Source: Aeromicrobium sp.
Lineage (GTDB): Bacteria; Actinomycetota; Actinomycetes; Propionibacteriales; Nocardioidaceae
Assembly (NCBI GenBank): GCA_023257515.1
Contig: JALRCA010000075.1
Coordinates: forward strand, 2,707-66,706
DNA: 64,000 nt
Reading direction: 5' to 3'
Part shown: one piece after another, positions 1-9,048 of the stretch
How the letters are laid out: every line of letters begins with the position of its first letter
How positions within the stretch are numbered: position 1 is the stretch's first letter
Made by a program: the position numbers and the translations under genes
The notes under the pieces: model-generated
Databases searched by the model: none
The model's input: the letters and a program-made list of their open reading frames with translations, nothing else
What the model was told of the DNA's origin: nothing

Positions 1-866
1 TCTACGTGCTGGCCGTCTTCGGTCTCGCGATCGTGGCGTGGGAGCTCGTCGCCCGGCGGCGGCCACGGGCCGTCCTGCTCGTCGGTGTTCCCGCGTTCGT
101 CACGATCGTCGGCACCGCCGCCGTCGTGTACCTCGCCACCTGGACCGGGTGGTTGCTGCACGCCGACCTGTACGAGCAGCGCTTCGGCCTCGGGTACGGG
201 GACTACGCACCGTGGGGCGGCTACGTCGACCAGCCGACCGGGGGCCCGTTCGGCGGCGTGATCGACGCGTTCCGCTCGCTGTGGCACTTCCACGTCATGA
301 CCTATGACTTCCACACCGGGTCGTACCTCGCCGGCAAGACGCACCCGTACGCCTCGAACCCGTCGGGATGGCTCGTGCTCGATCGACCGGTCGCCTTCGA
401 CGCGCAGAACGACCTGCCGGCCCCGTCGTGCGGCGCGGCCCCGGACTCCTCGTGCATGCGGGAGATCACGGCGCTCGGGAATCCTGCCGTGTGGTGGACG
501 GGCGCCCTGGCGCTCGTGGCGTCGGCCGTCGCGTGGGCCCGCACGAGGGACCGACGCTGGTCCGTGCCGGTGCTCGGCGTCGCGGCGACGTGGCTGCCGT
601 GGTTCCTCTACGACGACCGCCCGATCTTCTCCTTCTACGCCGTCGCGACGACGCCATTCCTGATCGTCGGCACGTGCCTCGTCGTGGACTCGGCCCGCCG
701 CGCCGCGCGGACGCCGCGGAGCCGCTACGCCGTGGGCCTGGGCGTCGGGCTGCTGGTCGTCGCCACGACGACGCTGTTCTGGTACTTCCACCCGATCCTC
801 ACCGACGCGCTCGTCCCCTACGACACGTGGTACTCCCGCATGTGGTTCGGCTCCCGCTGGATCTGA
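1..866 (+). CDS. pmt: Dolichyl-phosphate-mannose--protein mannosyltransferase, 3' part (starts upstream of window)
   Basis: Multi-TM protein with PMT C-terminal motifs HPYASNP-GW, LGNPAVWW, WLPW, RPIFSFY, FWYFHP, ending RMWFGSRWI. Confidence 0.85.
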   Translation, partial: YVLAVFGLAIVAWELVARRRPRAVLLVGVPAFVTIVGTAAVVYLATWTGWLLHADLYEQRFGLGYGDYAPWGGYVDQPTGGPFGGVIDAFRSLWHFHVMTYDFHTGSYLAGKTHPYASNPSGWLVLDRPVAFDAQNDLPAPSCGAAPDSSCMREITALGNPAVWWTGALALVASAVAWARTRDRRWSVPVLGVAATWLPWFLYDDRPIFSFYAVATTPFLIVGTCLVVDSARRAARTPRSRYAVGLGVGLLVVATTTLFWYFHPILTDALVPYDTWYSRMWFGSRWI

Positions 867-884
867 CCCCGAGCAACCCGAGAT

Positions 885-903
885 CCCTGAGCTCGTCGAA
901 GGG
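885..903. repeat. REP-like intergenic repeat unit CCCTGAGCTCGTCGAAGGG
   Basis: Near-identical unit at 36634-36652 (CCCTGAGCCTGTCGAAGGG); both copies lie between convergent genes. Confidence 0.55.
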
Positions 904-921
904 TCCGAGGGGTCGCTCGGG

Positions 922-1530
922 TCAGGACGTGGCGCGCTTGCCGGTGAGGGCGAGCTCGATGATCCAGGCGATGTCACCGGCGGCCTGCGCCGGGTCCTTG
1001 GACGGGCGCGTGATGTGGGAGAGCACGAGACGCACGATGGACTCGACGGCGACGTCGAGCTCGGCGTCCGTGAGGGGGACGTCGCCGAAGTGGTCGAGCA
1101 CGGACTGCTTGACCACGACCCCCGCGGTCTCGACGATCTCGCCGGACTCGGTGGTCAGGATCGTGAGCAGGTCGGCGTCGTTCCCGCTGCCGACGGAGCC
1201 GACGATCGTCCGGATCAGGATGCTGTCACGACCCAGCTCGAGGACGCCGGCGCACGCGTTGCGGATCCCGTCGACCAGGTCGTCCGCGTCGGCCATGCGC
1301 ACCCGCACCACGTCGAGGAACCGTCCGAGCTCCCGCATGGCCAGGGCCAGCGCGACGTCGTGGCGGGTGCCGAGCTCGTTGTGGACGGTCTGACGGCTGA
1401 CGCCGATGGTCGAGGCGATCTTGGCCATCGTGACCGTGGACCACCCCGAGGCCTCGGTGATCGCCTGAGCCGCGTCGAGCAGACGCTCACGCAGGAGACC
1501 CTGCTGCGACTCGCGATAGGTGAGCGTCAT
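922..1530 (-). CDS. TetR-family regulator of the alkane operon (AlkX/AlkU-like)
   Basis: Start re-set to MTLTYRESQ; HTH TMAKIASTIGVSRQTVHNELG; last gene of the alkB operon with a 4-bp overlap, matching the Rv3249c/AlkX position. Confidence 0.85.
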   Translation of the reverse strand: MTLTYRESQQGLLRERLLDAAQAITEASGWSTVTMAKIASTIGVSRQTVHNELGTRHDVALALAMRELGRFLDVVRVRMADADDLVDGIRNACAGVLELGRDSILIRTIVGSVGSGNDADLLTILTTESGEIVETAGVVVKQSVLDHFGDVPLTDAELDVAVESIVRLVLSHITRPSKDPAQAAGDIAWIIELALTGKRATS

Positions 1531-2768
1531 GACACCAGTGTCTCCTCCAGGGCAACCGATTCGTCGCCGAGGCGCGTCGTGTCGAGGCGTCGCCGCTCGC
1601 CGATCCAGCCGCGGGCGCTGCGGATCTCGCGCGGGCGTCCCAGCCCGACCGCCCCGAGCAGGATGCCCTCGGCGTCGAGGTAGAAGGCCGTGAAGTCGTG
1701 GGCGTCGAGATCCCCGCGCACCACGATCGTGTGGCTCGACTCGGGCCACCCCGTGATCTGCAGCGTGCCGCCGTACTGGTCGGACCAGCACCACGGCACC
1801 TCGTCGAACGGCTTCTCGACGCCTGCCATCGCGCGGCCGACCGCGGCCCCGTGGTTCTGCGCGTTCTGCCAGTGCTCGACCCGGTGACGGCCGCCGCGCA
1901 CGAGATCGGGCATCGAGGCGACGTCACCGGCGGCGAACACGTCGGGGACGCTCGTCCGGCCGAGCTCGTCGACCTGCACGCCTCCGAGCTCGTCGTCGAG
2001 GCGCACCCCCACCGTCCTGGCGAGCTCGACGTCGGGCGTCATGCCGACGGCCTCGACCACGACCGGCGCGGTCCAGGTGCGGCCGTCGTCGGCCTCGACG
2101 ACGGTGAGCGACGGGTCGTCGGCATCGGGGCGGATCGCGCGGACCCGCACGTCGGCGTGCAGCTCGGTGCCCTCGGCCGCGTGCCAGTCGGCGTACATGC
2201 GCCCCAGGTCGGCGGGCAGGACCCGCGGCATGGGCAGCGGGGCGGTCTCGAGCAGCGTGACGTCGCAGCCGAGCTGACGCGCCGAGGCCGCGATCTCCGA
2301 ACCGATCAGTCCGGCGCCGACCACGACGACGTCGGGGCGTCCGTCCAGCCGCTCGCGCAGCAGGTCGGCGTCACCGATCTCGCGCAGCGTCACCGCACCG
2401 GAGTCTCCCGCGGCGAGGCGACGCGGACGTCCGCCCGTCGCCAGCAGCAGCTGGTCGTAGCCCAGCGTCGAGCCGTCCGACAGCCGCACCTCGCGCGCCG
2501 TGGGGTCGACCGACTCCGCCCGCACGCCGGTGCGCAGGTCGATCGCGTTCTTCTCGTACCAGGACGCCGGCTTGATGCGGACCTCGTCCGGTCCCTTGTC
2601 GCCCCGGACGAGCTCCTTGGAGACGGTGGGCCGGCGGTACGGCAGGGCGTCCTCGCCGCCGAGGAGCACGATCTCGCCCTCGTACCCGGCGAGGCGCGCG
2701 GCTCCGGCGGCGCTGACACCCGCCACGCCGGCGCCGACCACCACGATCCGACCGTTGGTTCCGCTCAC
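1527..2768 (-). CDS. NAD(P)H:rubredoxin/ferredoxin reductase (FAD-dependent)
   Basis: GAGVAG FAD motif, LLLATGG, GAGLIGSE, VFAAGD, RVEHWQNA, WSDQY. Confidence 0.9.
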   Translation of the reverse strand: MSGTNGRIVVVGAGVAGVSAAGAARLAGYEGEIVLLGGEDALPYRRPTVSKELVRGDKGPDEVRIKPASWYEKNAIDLRTGVRAESVDPTAREVRLSDGSTLGYDQLLLATGGRPRRLAAGDSGAVTLREIGDADLLRERLDGRPDVVVVGAGLIGSEIAASARQLGCDVTLLETAPLPMPRVLPADLGRMYADWHAAEGTELHADVRVRAIRPDADDPSLTVVEADDGRTWTAPVVVEAVGMTPDVELARTVGVRLDDELGGVQVDELGRTSVPDVFAAGDVASMPDLVRGGRHRVEHWQNAQNHGAAVGRAMAGVEKPFDEVPWCWSDQYGGTLQITGWPESSHTIVVRGDLDAHDFTAFYLDAEGILLGAVGLGRPREIRSARGWIGERRRLDTTRLGDESVALEETLVS

Positions 2769-2772
2769 GGGC

Positions 2773-2940
2773 TCAGGCCACCTCGGTCATCGTGAAGTCG
2801 GCCTTCGCCGCACCGCAGTCCGGGCAGGTCCAGTCGTCGGGGATGTCCTCCCACTTCGTGCCGGGAGGGAAGCCCTCCTCCTCCCAGCCCTGCGCCTCGT
2901 CGTAGATGAACCCGCACTGCTGGCACTCCCAGACCTTCAC
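2773..2940 (-). CDS. rubB: Rubredoxin, AlkG2 type (55 aa, absent from the ORF track)
   Basis: Hand translation [55 protein letters not shown]; two CxxCG motifs. Confidence 0.92.
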   Translation of the reverse strand: MKVWECQQCGFIYDEAQGWEEEGFPPGTKWEDIPDDWTCPDCGAAKADFTMTEVA

Positions 2941-3191
2941 TGCTGCGCTCCCTGCTGTGCCTGCCGGGCCGCGGCGGCCCGGGTCTCGGCGCTGTTGATG
3001 TTGCCGTCCTGGTCGTTGTGCTCGAACTCCTCGACGGGCACGAAGTCCACCTGCTCGCGCACGCCGCAGTCCGGGCAGGTCCAGTCGGGGTCGATGTCGG
3101 CGAACGGGGTGCCGGCGGGCCAGCCCTCGCGCGGGTCGCCCTTGTCCTCGCCGTAGACGTACTCGCAGTTCGGGCAGATGAACTCGGCCAT
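2937..3191 (-). CDS. rubA: Rubredoxin, AlkG1 type, with C-terminal extension
   Basis: [13 protein letters not shown]...[14 protein letters not shown]; the Arg insertion after the second CxxCG marks AlkG1; GGAGG SD. Confidence 0.9.
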   Translation of the reverse strand: MAEFICPNCEYVYGEDKGDPREGWPAGTPFADIDPDWTCPDCGVREQVDFVPVEEFEHNDQDGNINSAETRAAAARQAQQGAQQ

Positions 3192-4432
3192 CAGGCTGCC
3201 TCCCTCTCGGCCTCGGGGACCCCGTAGCGACGAAGGTAGCGCTCGCGGGTGCGGGGGTGCAGGTTGGCGCGCGTGACGTCGCCGTCGTAGTGGGCCAGCA
3301 CGCGCTTGTCCATGATCGAGCGCCACACGCCGGGGATCCACGTCGCGACGATCATGCCCGCGTAGCCCGTGGGCAGGACCGGCGCCTCCTTGAAGTCGCG
3401 CAGCGCCTGGTAGCGCCGGGTCGGGTTCGCGTGATGGTCGCTGTGGCGCTGCAGGTGGTACAGCAGCACGTTGGTGCCGATGTTGTTGCTGTTCCAGCTG
3501 TGCGAGGGGTTGACCCGCTCGTAGCGTCCGGACTCGAGCTTGGCGCGCTTCATGCCGTAGTGCTCGAGGAAGTTGACCGACTCCAGCAGCCAGACGCCGA
3601 GCACCGCCTGCACGAGCAGGTACGGGAAGATCTGCCACCCGAAGGCCGCCATCGCCCCGCCCCACAGCAGGACCGTGAACATCCACGCGTTGATGAGGTC
3701 GTTCTTGAGGCTGAACGGCGACTTCTTGAGGCGGGCGAAGCGCTTCTTCTCCAGCGACCACGCGCTGCGGAGGCTGCCGAACACGGTGCGGGGCATGAAC
3801 TCCCAGACCGTCTCGCCGAGACGACCGCTCGCGGGGTCCTCGGGCGTGGCAACACGGACGTGGTGTCCGCGGTTGTGCTCGATGTAGAAGTGGCCGTAGG
3901 CGGTCTGCGCCAGCGCGACGCGGGCGAACCAGCGCTCGTGCTCCTCCTTCTTGTGTCCGAGCTCGTGCGCCGTGTTGATGCCGATGCCGGCGACCATGCC
4001 CATGCCGGTCGCGAGACCGAGCTTCTCGTACCAGGCGAGGTTCTCGGCGATGCCGGGCAGCACCGAGCCGGAGACCGGGTCCCAGCCGAAGATCGTGCCG
4101 TCGCCGAGCAGGAAGCAGCCCCACAGGAACCCGACGATCTGCAGCGGGATGAAGGCGTAGGTCACCCAGCGGTAGTAGCGGTCCTCCTCGAGCGCCTCGA
4201 TGAGCTCGTCCGGAGGGTTGTTCGGGTCGAGCCCGGCCAACAGGTCGAACAGCGGGATGACGACGAACACGAAGAACGGGCCGAAGTACCACCACGCCGA
4301 CCACTCGGTGAGGGCGTAGAGCCCCCAGATGATGAGCGGGATCATCGGGATGAGTGCTCCCATGATCCACAGGTAGCGCTTCTTGTCGCGCCAGCTCACG
4401 ACCTGTCCGTCGACGACTGCCTCGACCGTCAT
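3191..4432 (-). CDS. alkB: Alkane 1-monooxygenase
   Basis: His boxes [29 protein letters not shown]; ATG at 4432 preceded by GAGGAGG. Confidence 0.97.
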   Translation of the reverse strand: MTVEAVVDGQVVSWRDKKRYLWIMGALIPMIPLIIWGLYALTEWSAWWYFGPFFVFVVIPLFDLLAGLDPNNPPDELIEALEEDRYYRWVTYAFIPLQIVGFLWGCFLLGDGTIFGWDPVSGSVLPGIAENLAWYEKLGLATGMGMVAGIGINTAHELGHKKEEHERWFARVALAQTAYGHFYIEHNRGHHVRVATPEDPASGRLGETVWEFMPRTVFGSLRSAWSLEKKRFARLKKSPFSLKNDLINAWMFTVLLWGGAMAAFGWQIFPYLLVQAVLGVWLLESVNFLEHYGMKRAKLESGRYERVNPSHSWNSNNIGTNVLLYHLQRHSDHHANPTRRYQALRDFKEAPVLPTGYAGMIVATWIPGVWRSIMDKRVLAHYDGDVTRANLHPRTRERYLRRYGVPEAEREAA

Positions 4433-4461
4433 GACTGCCTCCTCGTCCTGCGATGTGGCGG

Positions 4462-4530
4462 GCGCCACTTGACACCAAGGTAGCGGATGTCAAGTTGCTT
4501 GACAACTACTCGCTAGGTGTCAAGTGACGC
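4462..4530. promoter_or_regulatory. Tandem operator (2x TTGACA-N13-TGTCAA) in the alkB promoter, probable AlkX sites
   Basis: ACTTGACA(4467)-N13-TGTCAAGT(4495) and CTTGACA(4498)-N13-TGTCAAG(4524), 30-bp period. Confidence 0.75.
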
Positions 4531-4738
4531 ACGTCATGGCAGCCTGCCCCGGCACACGTGTCCCGACACTGAGAACGACTAGCGGAACGTGGTCCTATCG
4601 GGCCAGTGACCGCTGCGGACTCGGCGGCTAGCGTGGGAGTGCCGTGGGACCGGACAGGTGGGGAGACCTGAGCCGGAGAGGGACCCGGCAGCGAGCGCGA
4701 TCGGTGGAGGCGCGTTCGTCGCAACGAGGGAGAACGTG

Positions 4739-5203
4739 ATGGTCGGCCATCGACACGAGGACCGTGGCGCCGCCGCGGTCGAGTTCGCCCTGGTCGCCCC
4801 CGTCTTCCTCGCCCTCCTGTTCGGCATCATCAGCTTCGGCTGGATGCTCAGCTACCGTCAGAGCATCAGCCAAGGCGCAGCAGAGGGTGCCCGCGTCCTG
4901 GCGGTCTCGCCGGCCGGGTCGACCACCACCGCGACCGACGCCCGGACCGCGGTGAACCGCTCGCTCGCTTCCTACGGCGTCTCCTGCGTCGGGAGTCAGC
5001 TCAAGCACGGGACGACCGTCGTCGGGACCTGCACGATCCCGACCGCCTCGACGCCGTGCACCAACAACACCGCGTTGCGCTGCGCGACCGTCTCGATCAC
5101 GCACGCCTACCGAGACCATCCGCTGATCCCCAGCTTCCCTGGGCTGGGCGTGGTCCTGCCGCGCAACCTGTCGTTCTCGACCACCGTCGAGGTCGGGTCG
5201 TGA
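4739..5203 (+). CDS. tadE: TadE-like minor pilin
   Basis: Prepilin motif EDRG/AAAVEFALVAPVFLALLFGII; GAAEGAR; several Cys. Confidence 0.88.
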   Translation: MVGHRHEDRGAAAVEFALVAPVFLALLFGIISFGWMLSYRQSISQGAAEGARVLAVSPAGSTTTATDARTAVNRSLASYGVSCVGSQLKHGTTVVGTCTIPTASTPCTNNTALRCATVSITHAYRDHPLIPSFPGLGVVLPRNLSFSTTVEVGS

Positions 5204-6771
5204 TGCGCCCCCGCCGTGACGAGGACGGCTCGATCCTGCCGATGACGGCCCTCACGGTGGTCATCGTGCTCGTGATCGCGGCGTTCGCCGTCGACCTCGG
5301 GATCCAGCGAGCCGCCTCCAGCGACATGCAGGCCGTCGCGGATTCCGTCGCCATCGACACGGCCCGCGCCCTGCCGACGTGCAGCGCCACGACCCTGACC
5401 ACGCGCGCGAACCAGAGCCTGGCGCGCCAAGGACGCAGCCTCGGCACATCGAGTCCGCTGCGCGTGACGCCCGGCTTCATGGACCCCGTCACCCAGCGAT
5501 TCCGCGCCGCAACGGCCGGCGCGTCCGGGTGCGACGCGGTTCAGATCACTGCCGCGACCACGGTCGACTTCGCCTTCGCGCCGGTCATCGGACGCTCGAA
5601 CGGCCAGGCGTCCCGCGATGCGGTGGGGTCGATGGACACGCCGGCGATCTGCTTCTCGGCCGGCACGAAGTCGCTCGTGCTCAACACCTCTGGGGGCGCG
5701 CTCGGTCCGATCCTCGACTACGTCCTGCGAGTCAACCTCAGCGTCGTGGGCTACGAGGGGATCGTCGACCTCAAGAACCTGTCGATCCCCCTCGCGGACC
5801 TCAAGACGGCCCTCAACGTGGGGTCGGTGCAGCAGCTCGCGAGCACGACGGTGACGCTGCGCGACTTCCTCGTCGCCTCGGCGACGGTGCTACGCAAGCA
5901 GAGCTCCGCTGCTGCGCTGGCGCAGGCCACGCTGCTGGAGACGATCAGCGCGAAGGTCGGTGCCGTGACGGTCGACCTGGGCAAGATCCTCGCCGTCGAC
6001 ACCGCTGGAGACGCCGCCCTGAAGGCCAACGTCAACGCACTCGACCTCATCGGGACGGCGATCGTGGCGGCGAACGGCACGAAGGGCATCGCCGTCAACG
6101 ATCTCAACATCACGCTGCCGGCGGACCTGCTCAAGGCCAAGTCCAGCATCTCGATCATCGAGCCGCCCCGGATCGCCTGCGGCAAGAGTGGAGTCATGGC
6201 CTCGACCGCCCAGGTACGACTCGACCTCGAGTCGGGTGTCAACGTCCTCGGCCTGCTCCAGGCCGCCGACGTGAGTCTGGGCGTCCGCGTCGGATCCGGG
6301 ACGGCGACGCTCGGCGCAATGTCGTGCAACGCCAACGCCGGCAACCCGACCGCGGCGGTCAGTGCGCAGACATCGGCCGCCGACGTGGTCGGTGTCGGCG
6401 GGACGGGGTCCGCGCGGCTCAACGTCGTCAGCCTGCTCGGCCTGATTCGCCTGGGTGTCGACCTGAAGGGTTCGGTCGCGTCGTCGACCGCGAGCAGCTA
6501 CACGTTCCTGTACCCGGCCGCCACGCCGGCGCCCGGTCTTCCCCCCACTCACCAGTTCGGCAGCCCGGTCAACCTGACGCTCGAGGTCGCCAACACCGGC
6601 CTGCTGGGCACGCTCCTCTCCCCGGTCACGACGATCTTGACGAAGGTCCTGAACCCGGCCCTCAACGCGCTGTTGAACCCGGTCCTCAACCTTCTCGGCA
6701 TCAAGCTCGGCACGATGGACGTGACGATGCTCGGGCGACCGGTGTGCAACGCCGTCCGCCTCGCGCAGTGA
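5203..6771 (+). CDS. tadG: TadG-like pilus-associated adhesin
   Basis: DEDG/SILPMTAL prepilin-like N-terminus, FAVDLG, MQAVADSVA, IIEPPRIA-G, TAQVRL, C-terminal LLNPVLNLLGIKLG...C. Confidence 0.78.
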   Translation: MRPRRDEDGSILPMTALTVVIVLVIAAFAVDLGIQRAASSDMQAVADSVAIDTARALPTCSATTLTTRANQSLARQGRSLGTSSPLRVTPGFMDPVTQRFRAATAGASGCDAVQITAATTVDFAFAPVIGRSNGQASRDAVGSMDTPAICFSAGTKSLVLNTSGGALGPILDYVLRVNLSVVGYEGIVDLKNLSIPLADLKTALNVGSVQQLASTTVTLRDFLVASATVLRKQSSAAALAQATLLETISAKVGAVTVDLGKILAVDTAGDAALKANVNALDLIGTAIVAANGTKGIAVNDLNITLPADLLKAKSSISIIEPPRIACGKSGVMASTAQVRLDLESGVNVLGLLQAADVSLGVRVGSGTATLGAMSCNANAGNPTAAVSAQTSAADVVGVGGTGSARLNVVSLLGLIRLGVDLKGSVASSTASSYTFLYPAATPAPGLPPTHQFGSPVNLTLEVANTGLLGTLLSPVTTILTKVLNPALNALLNPVLNLLGIKLGTMDVTMLGRPVCNAVRLAQ

Positions 6772-7142
6772 CTCGCGCGCCCGCACGCTGTTCCACGTCC
6801 CAGGTCACCGAGGGTGATTGCGACTCCCTGGGCATGATGATTCGTGCTCGACGCGACGCTCTCGGGCAGCGCATCCGGAGCACCGCCTGCGTCTGGTCTT
6901 CACGTCGACGGATCTGCGGCTCGCACGACCGCGCGTTCGTGGCGCCCAACGCGAGCAACTGACGGATCGACACGCTGCCGCAGACCCCGATGCCGCGCCG
7001 GACAACCTTCGTCTCCCCGCCGTCGCCGGGCCGACGGTCCCGTCCCCGGGAGTCCGACGAAGCCTCGCAGCGTTGGCCGACGGCGATACGGCGGCGAAGA
7101 TGTCTGGAACTCACGACGTGGCGCAGTGATCGATCTAGAGTG

Positions 7143-7200
7143 GCCCGAACCTCGGACCCGCGCAGAGCTAGGGAGAAGCGCGGGTCCGAGGGGTTCGGGC
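7143..7200 (-). terminator. Long hairpin after tadC
   Basis: GCCCGAACCTCGGACCCGCGC ... GCGCGGGTCCGAGGGGTTCGGGC, 20 nt past the tadC stop. Confidence 0.6.
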
Positions 7201-7219
7201 GCGGCCGCGTGGCGGCCGT

Positions 7220-8095
7220 TCAGTTGATCGCGAAGGCCTGCACGACCGGAGGTCCCATCACGATGATGAACAGGACCGGAAGGATGCACAGCATCAACGG
7301 GATCAGGATCTTGACCGGCACCTGCTGAGCCTTGGCCTCGGCGCGTAGCCGCCGACCGAGGCGCATCTCCTTGGCCTGGGTCCGCACGACCGAGGCGATC
7401 GAGACGCCGAACTCCTCGGCCTGGACGACGGCCTTGCAGAAGCCGCGGAGCTCATCGACCGACGTCCGGTCACCGAGTGCGAGATACGCCTCCCGGCGCG
7501 ACATGCCGAGCGACATGTCCTGCATGAGCCGCACGATCTCGCCGGCGAGAGGTCCCGTGCCGCGCTCGCCGGCCCGTGCGAGCGCGGCCTCGAAGCCGAG
7601 TCCCGCCTCGAGCGCGATGACCACCTGGTCCAGCGTGTCCGGCAGCTCCTTCTGGATCTGGGCCTGCCGCTTGACGGCCTGGTTGTAGACGAGCAGGTCC
7701 GGGACGAAGTACCCGAGCACGGGCGCTCCGAGACCGAACAGCACGAGGATCGGGTTGTCGGCGCGCGCGATCATCAGGAGCGCGAACGCGCCGCCGAGGA
7801 GCGCGAACACGGGCTTGTAGAGCACCACGCGCTCGCGCGTCCAGCCGGGCGGCCGCCCCGCCAGGATCATGTTCCGCTCGATACCGGCGAGCATCGAGCT
7901 GGGGGTGAACCGCTCCCAGAACCCGCTCCCCGTCTGGTCGACCCTCACGACACCACTCGTCGCCGTCGCGTCCTCGACGCGCGTGAGCTGCTTGACGCGG
8001 CCGCGGACGGCGCCGTTCGGCAGACCCACCAGACCGAGGCCGACACAGGCCAGCATCAACGCCGCGACGAGCATGAGCAGCACGAGAAAGATCAT
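7220..8095 (-). CDS. tadC: Tad assembly platform protein (T2SS F family)
   Basis: ELPDTLD, EAGLGFEAAL, QAEEFGVSIA, AEAKAQQVPVKILIPL; start MIFLVLL. Confidence 0.9.
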   Translation of the reverse strand: MIFLVLLMLVAALMLACVGLGLVGLPNGAVRGRVKQLTRVEDATATSGVVRVDQTGSGFWERFTPSSMLAGIERNMILAGRPPGWTRERVVLYKPVFALLGGAFALLMIARADNPILVLFGLGAPVLGYFVPDLLVYNQAVKRQAQIQKELPDTLDQVVIALEAGLGFEAALARAGERGTGPLAGEIVRLMQDMSLGMSRREAYLALGDRTSVDELRGFCKAVVQAEEFGVSIASVVRTQAKEMRLGRRLRAEAKAQQVPVKILIPLMLCILPVLFIIVMGPPVVQAFAIN

Positions 8096-8103
8096 GGCGG
8101 TCC

Positions 8104-9048
8104 TCAGAACTCGATCCGGACGATGGAGCGCATCCACAATCCACCGATGACGTACATCACCGCGGCGCCGAGGACGAGCAGCTTGCCGATGCCGGTCGCG
8201 ATGAACAGCGACATCGTGTCGCCGGCGACCATGCAGTAGTACCCGCCGATGCCGACCGGCAGCACCATCAGGATGTAGGCCGAGATCCGGCCCTCGGCCG
8301 ACAGGGCGACGACCTGCTGACGGATATGGCCTCGCTCGCGAATGGTCTCCGCGACCTGGTCGAGTATCTCGTTCAGGTTGCCGCCGGTCTCGCGCTGGGC
8401 CTCGATCGCCTGGGCGATCCACAGGAAGTCCAGCGACCGCATCCGTGCGGCCACCTGCTCCATGGCCTGGACGAGGTCGCGTCCGAGGCGGTACTCGTTG
8501 ATGATGCGGCCCAGCTCGCCCGCCATCGGCGGGTCGGCCTCTCTCGCCGCAGCATCCATGGCCAGCGGGAGGCTGTGACCCGCGCGCAGAGACGCGGCCA
8601 GCAGCTGCAGCAGCGGCCCCAGCTGCTGGGCGAAACGCTTGCGCCGTCGGGCGGCACGCAGGCGCACGACGAGCTTGCTCAGGACCGGCACGAGCGCGGC
8701 GAGGAGCAGACCCAGCAGCATGCTGCCGAGCAGCACCGTTCCCGTGGCGAAGGCGACGAACGAGACACAGCTGGTCAGGACGACCAGCGAGGCGATGCTC
8801 GACCGGATGCCGGCGAGCTCGAGCTCCTCGCTCGTGAACGGCCGCCACCCCTGTCGCGTCATGCTGCGCTCGACCCCGTGGACGACGGCGTCGCTCATCC
8901 GTTCCAGCAACGGCTTGACCTCGCCGACGGCGTGCGCCTCGACCCGCCCTCGCTCCACCCGGCGAGCCGGGACGTCGAGCAGTGCGATCGCCAGGCAGCC
9001 CAGTGCTCCGGCGAGGAGCGCACACACCATGAGCACCATCACGATCAC
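8104..9048 (-). CDS. tadB: Tad assembly platform protein (T2SS F family)
   Basis: LRAGHSL, QRETGGNLNEIL, TIRER, LSAEGRISA. Confidence 0.9.
   Translation of the reverse strand: MIVMVLMVCALLAGALGCLAIALLDVPARRVERGRVEAHAVGEVKPLLERMSDAVVHGVERSMTRQGWRPFTSEELELAGIRSSIASLVVLTSCVSFVAFATGTVLLGSMLLGLLLAALVPVLSKLVVRLRAARRRKRFAQQLGPLLQLLAASLRAGHSLPLAMDAAAREADPPMAGELGRIINEYRLGRDLVQAMEQVAARMRSLDFLWIAQAIEAQRETGGNLNEILDQVAETIRERGHIRQQVVALSAEGRISAYILMVLPVGIGGYYCMVAGDTMSLFIATGIGKLLVLGAAVMYVIGGLWMRSIVRIEF

Noticed and set aside
6772-7140. Gene or ncRNA in the tadG-tadC gap
   Set aside because: No ORF with a credible SD or motif, and no convincing structure apart from the tadC hairpin.
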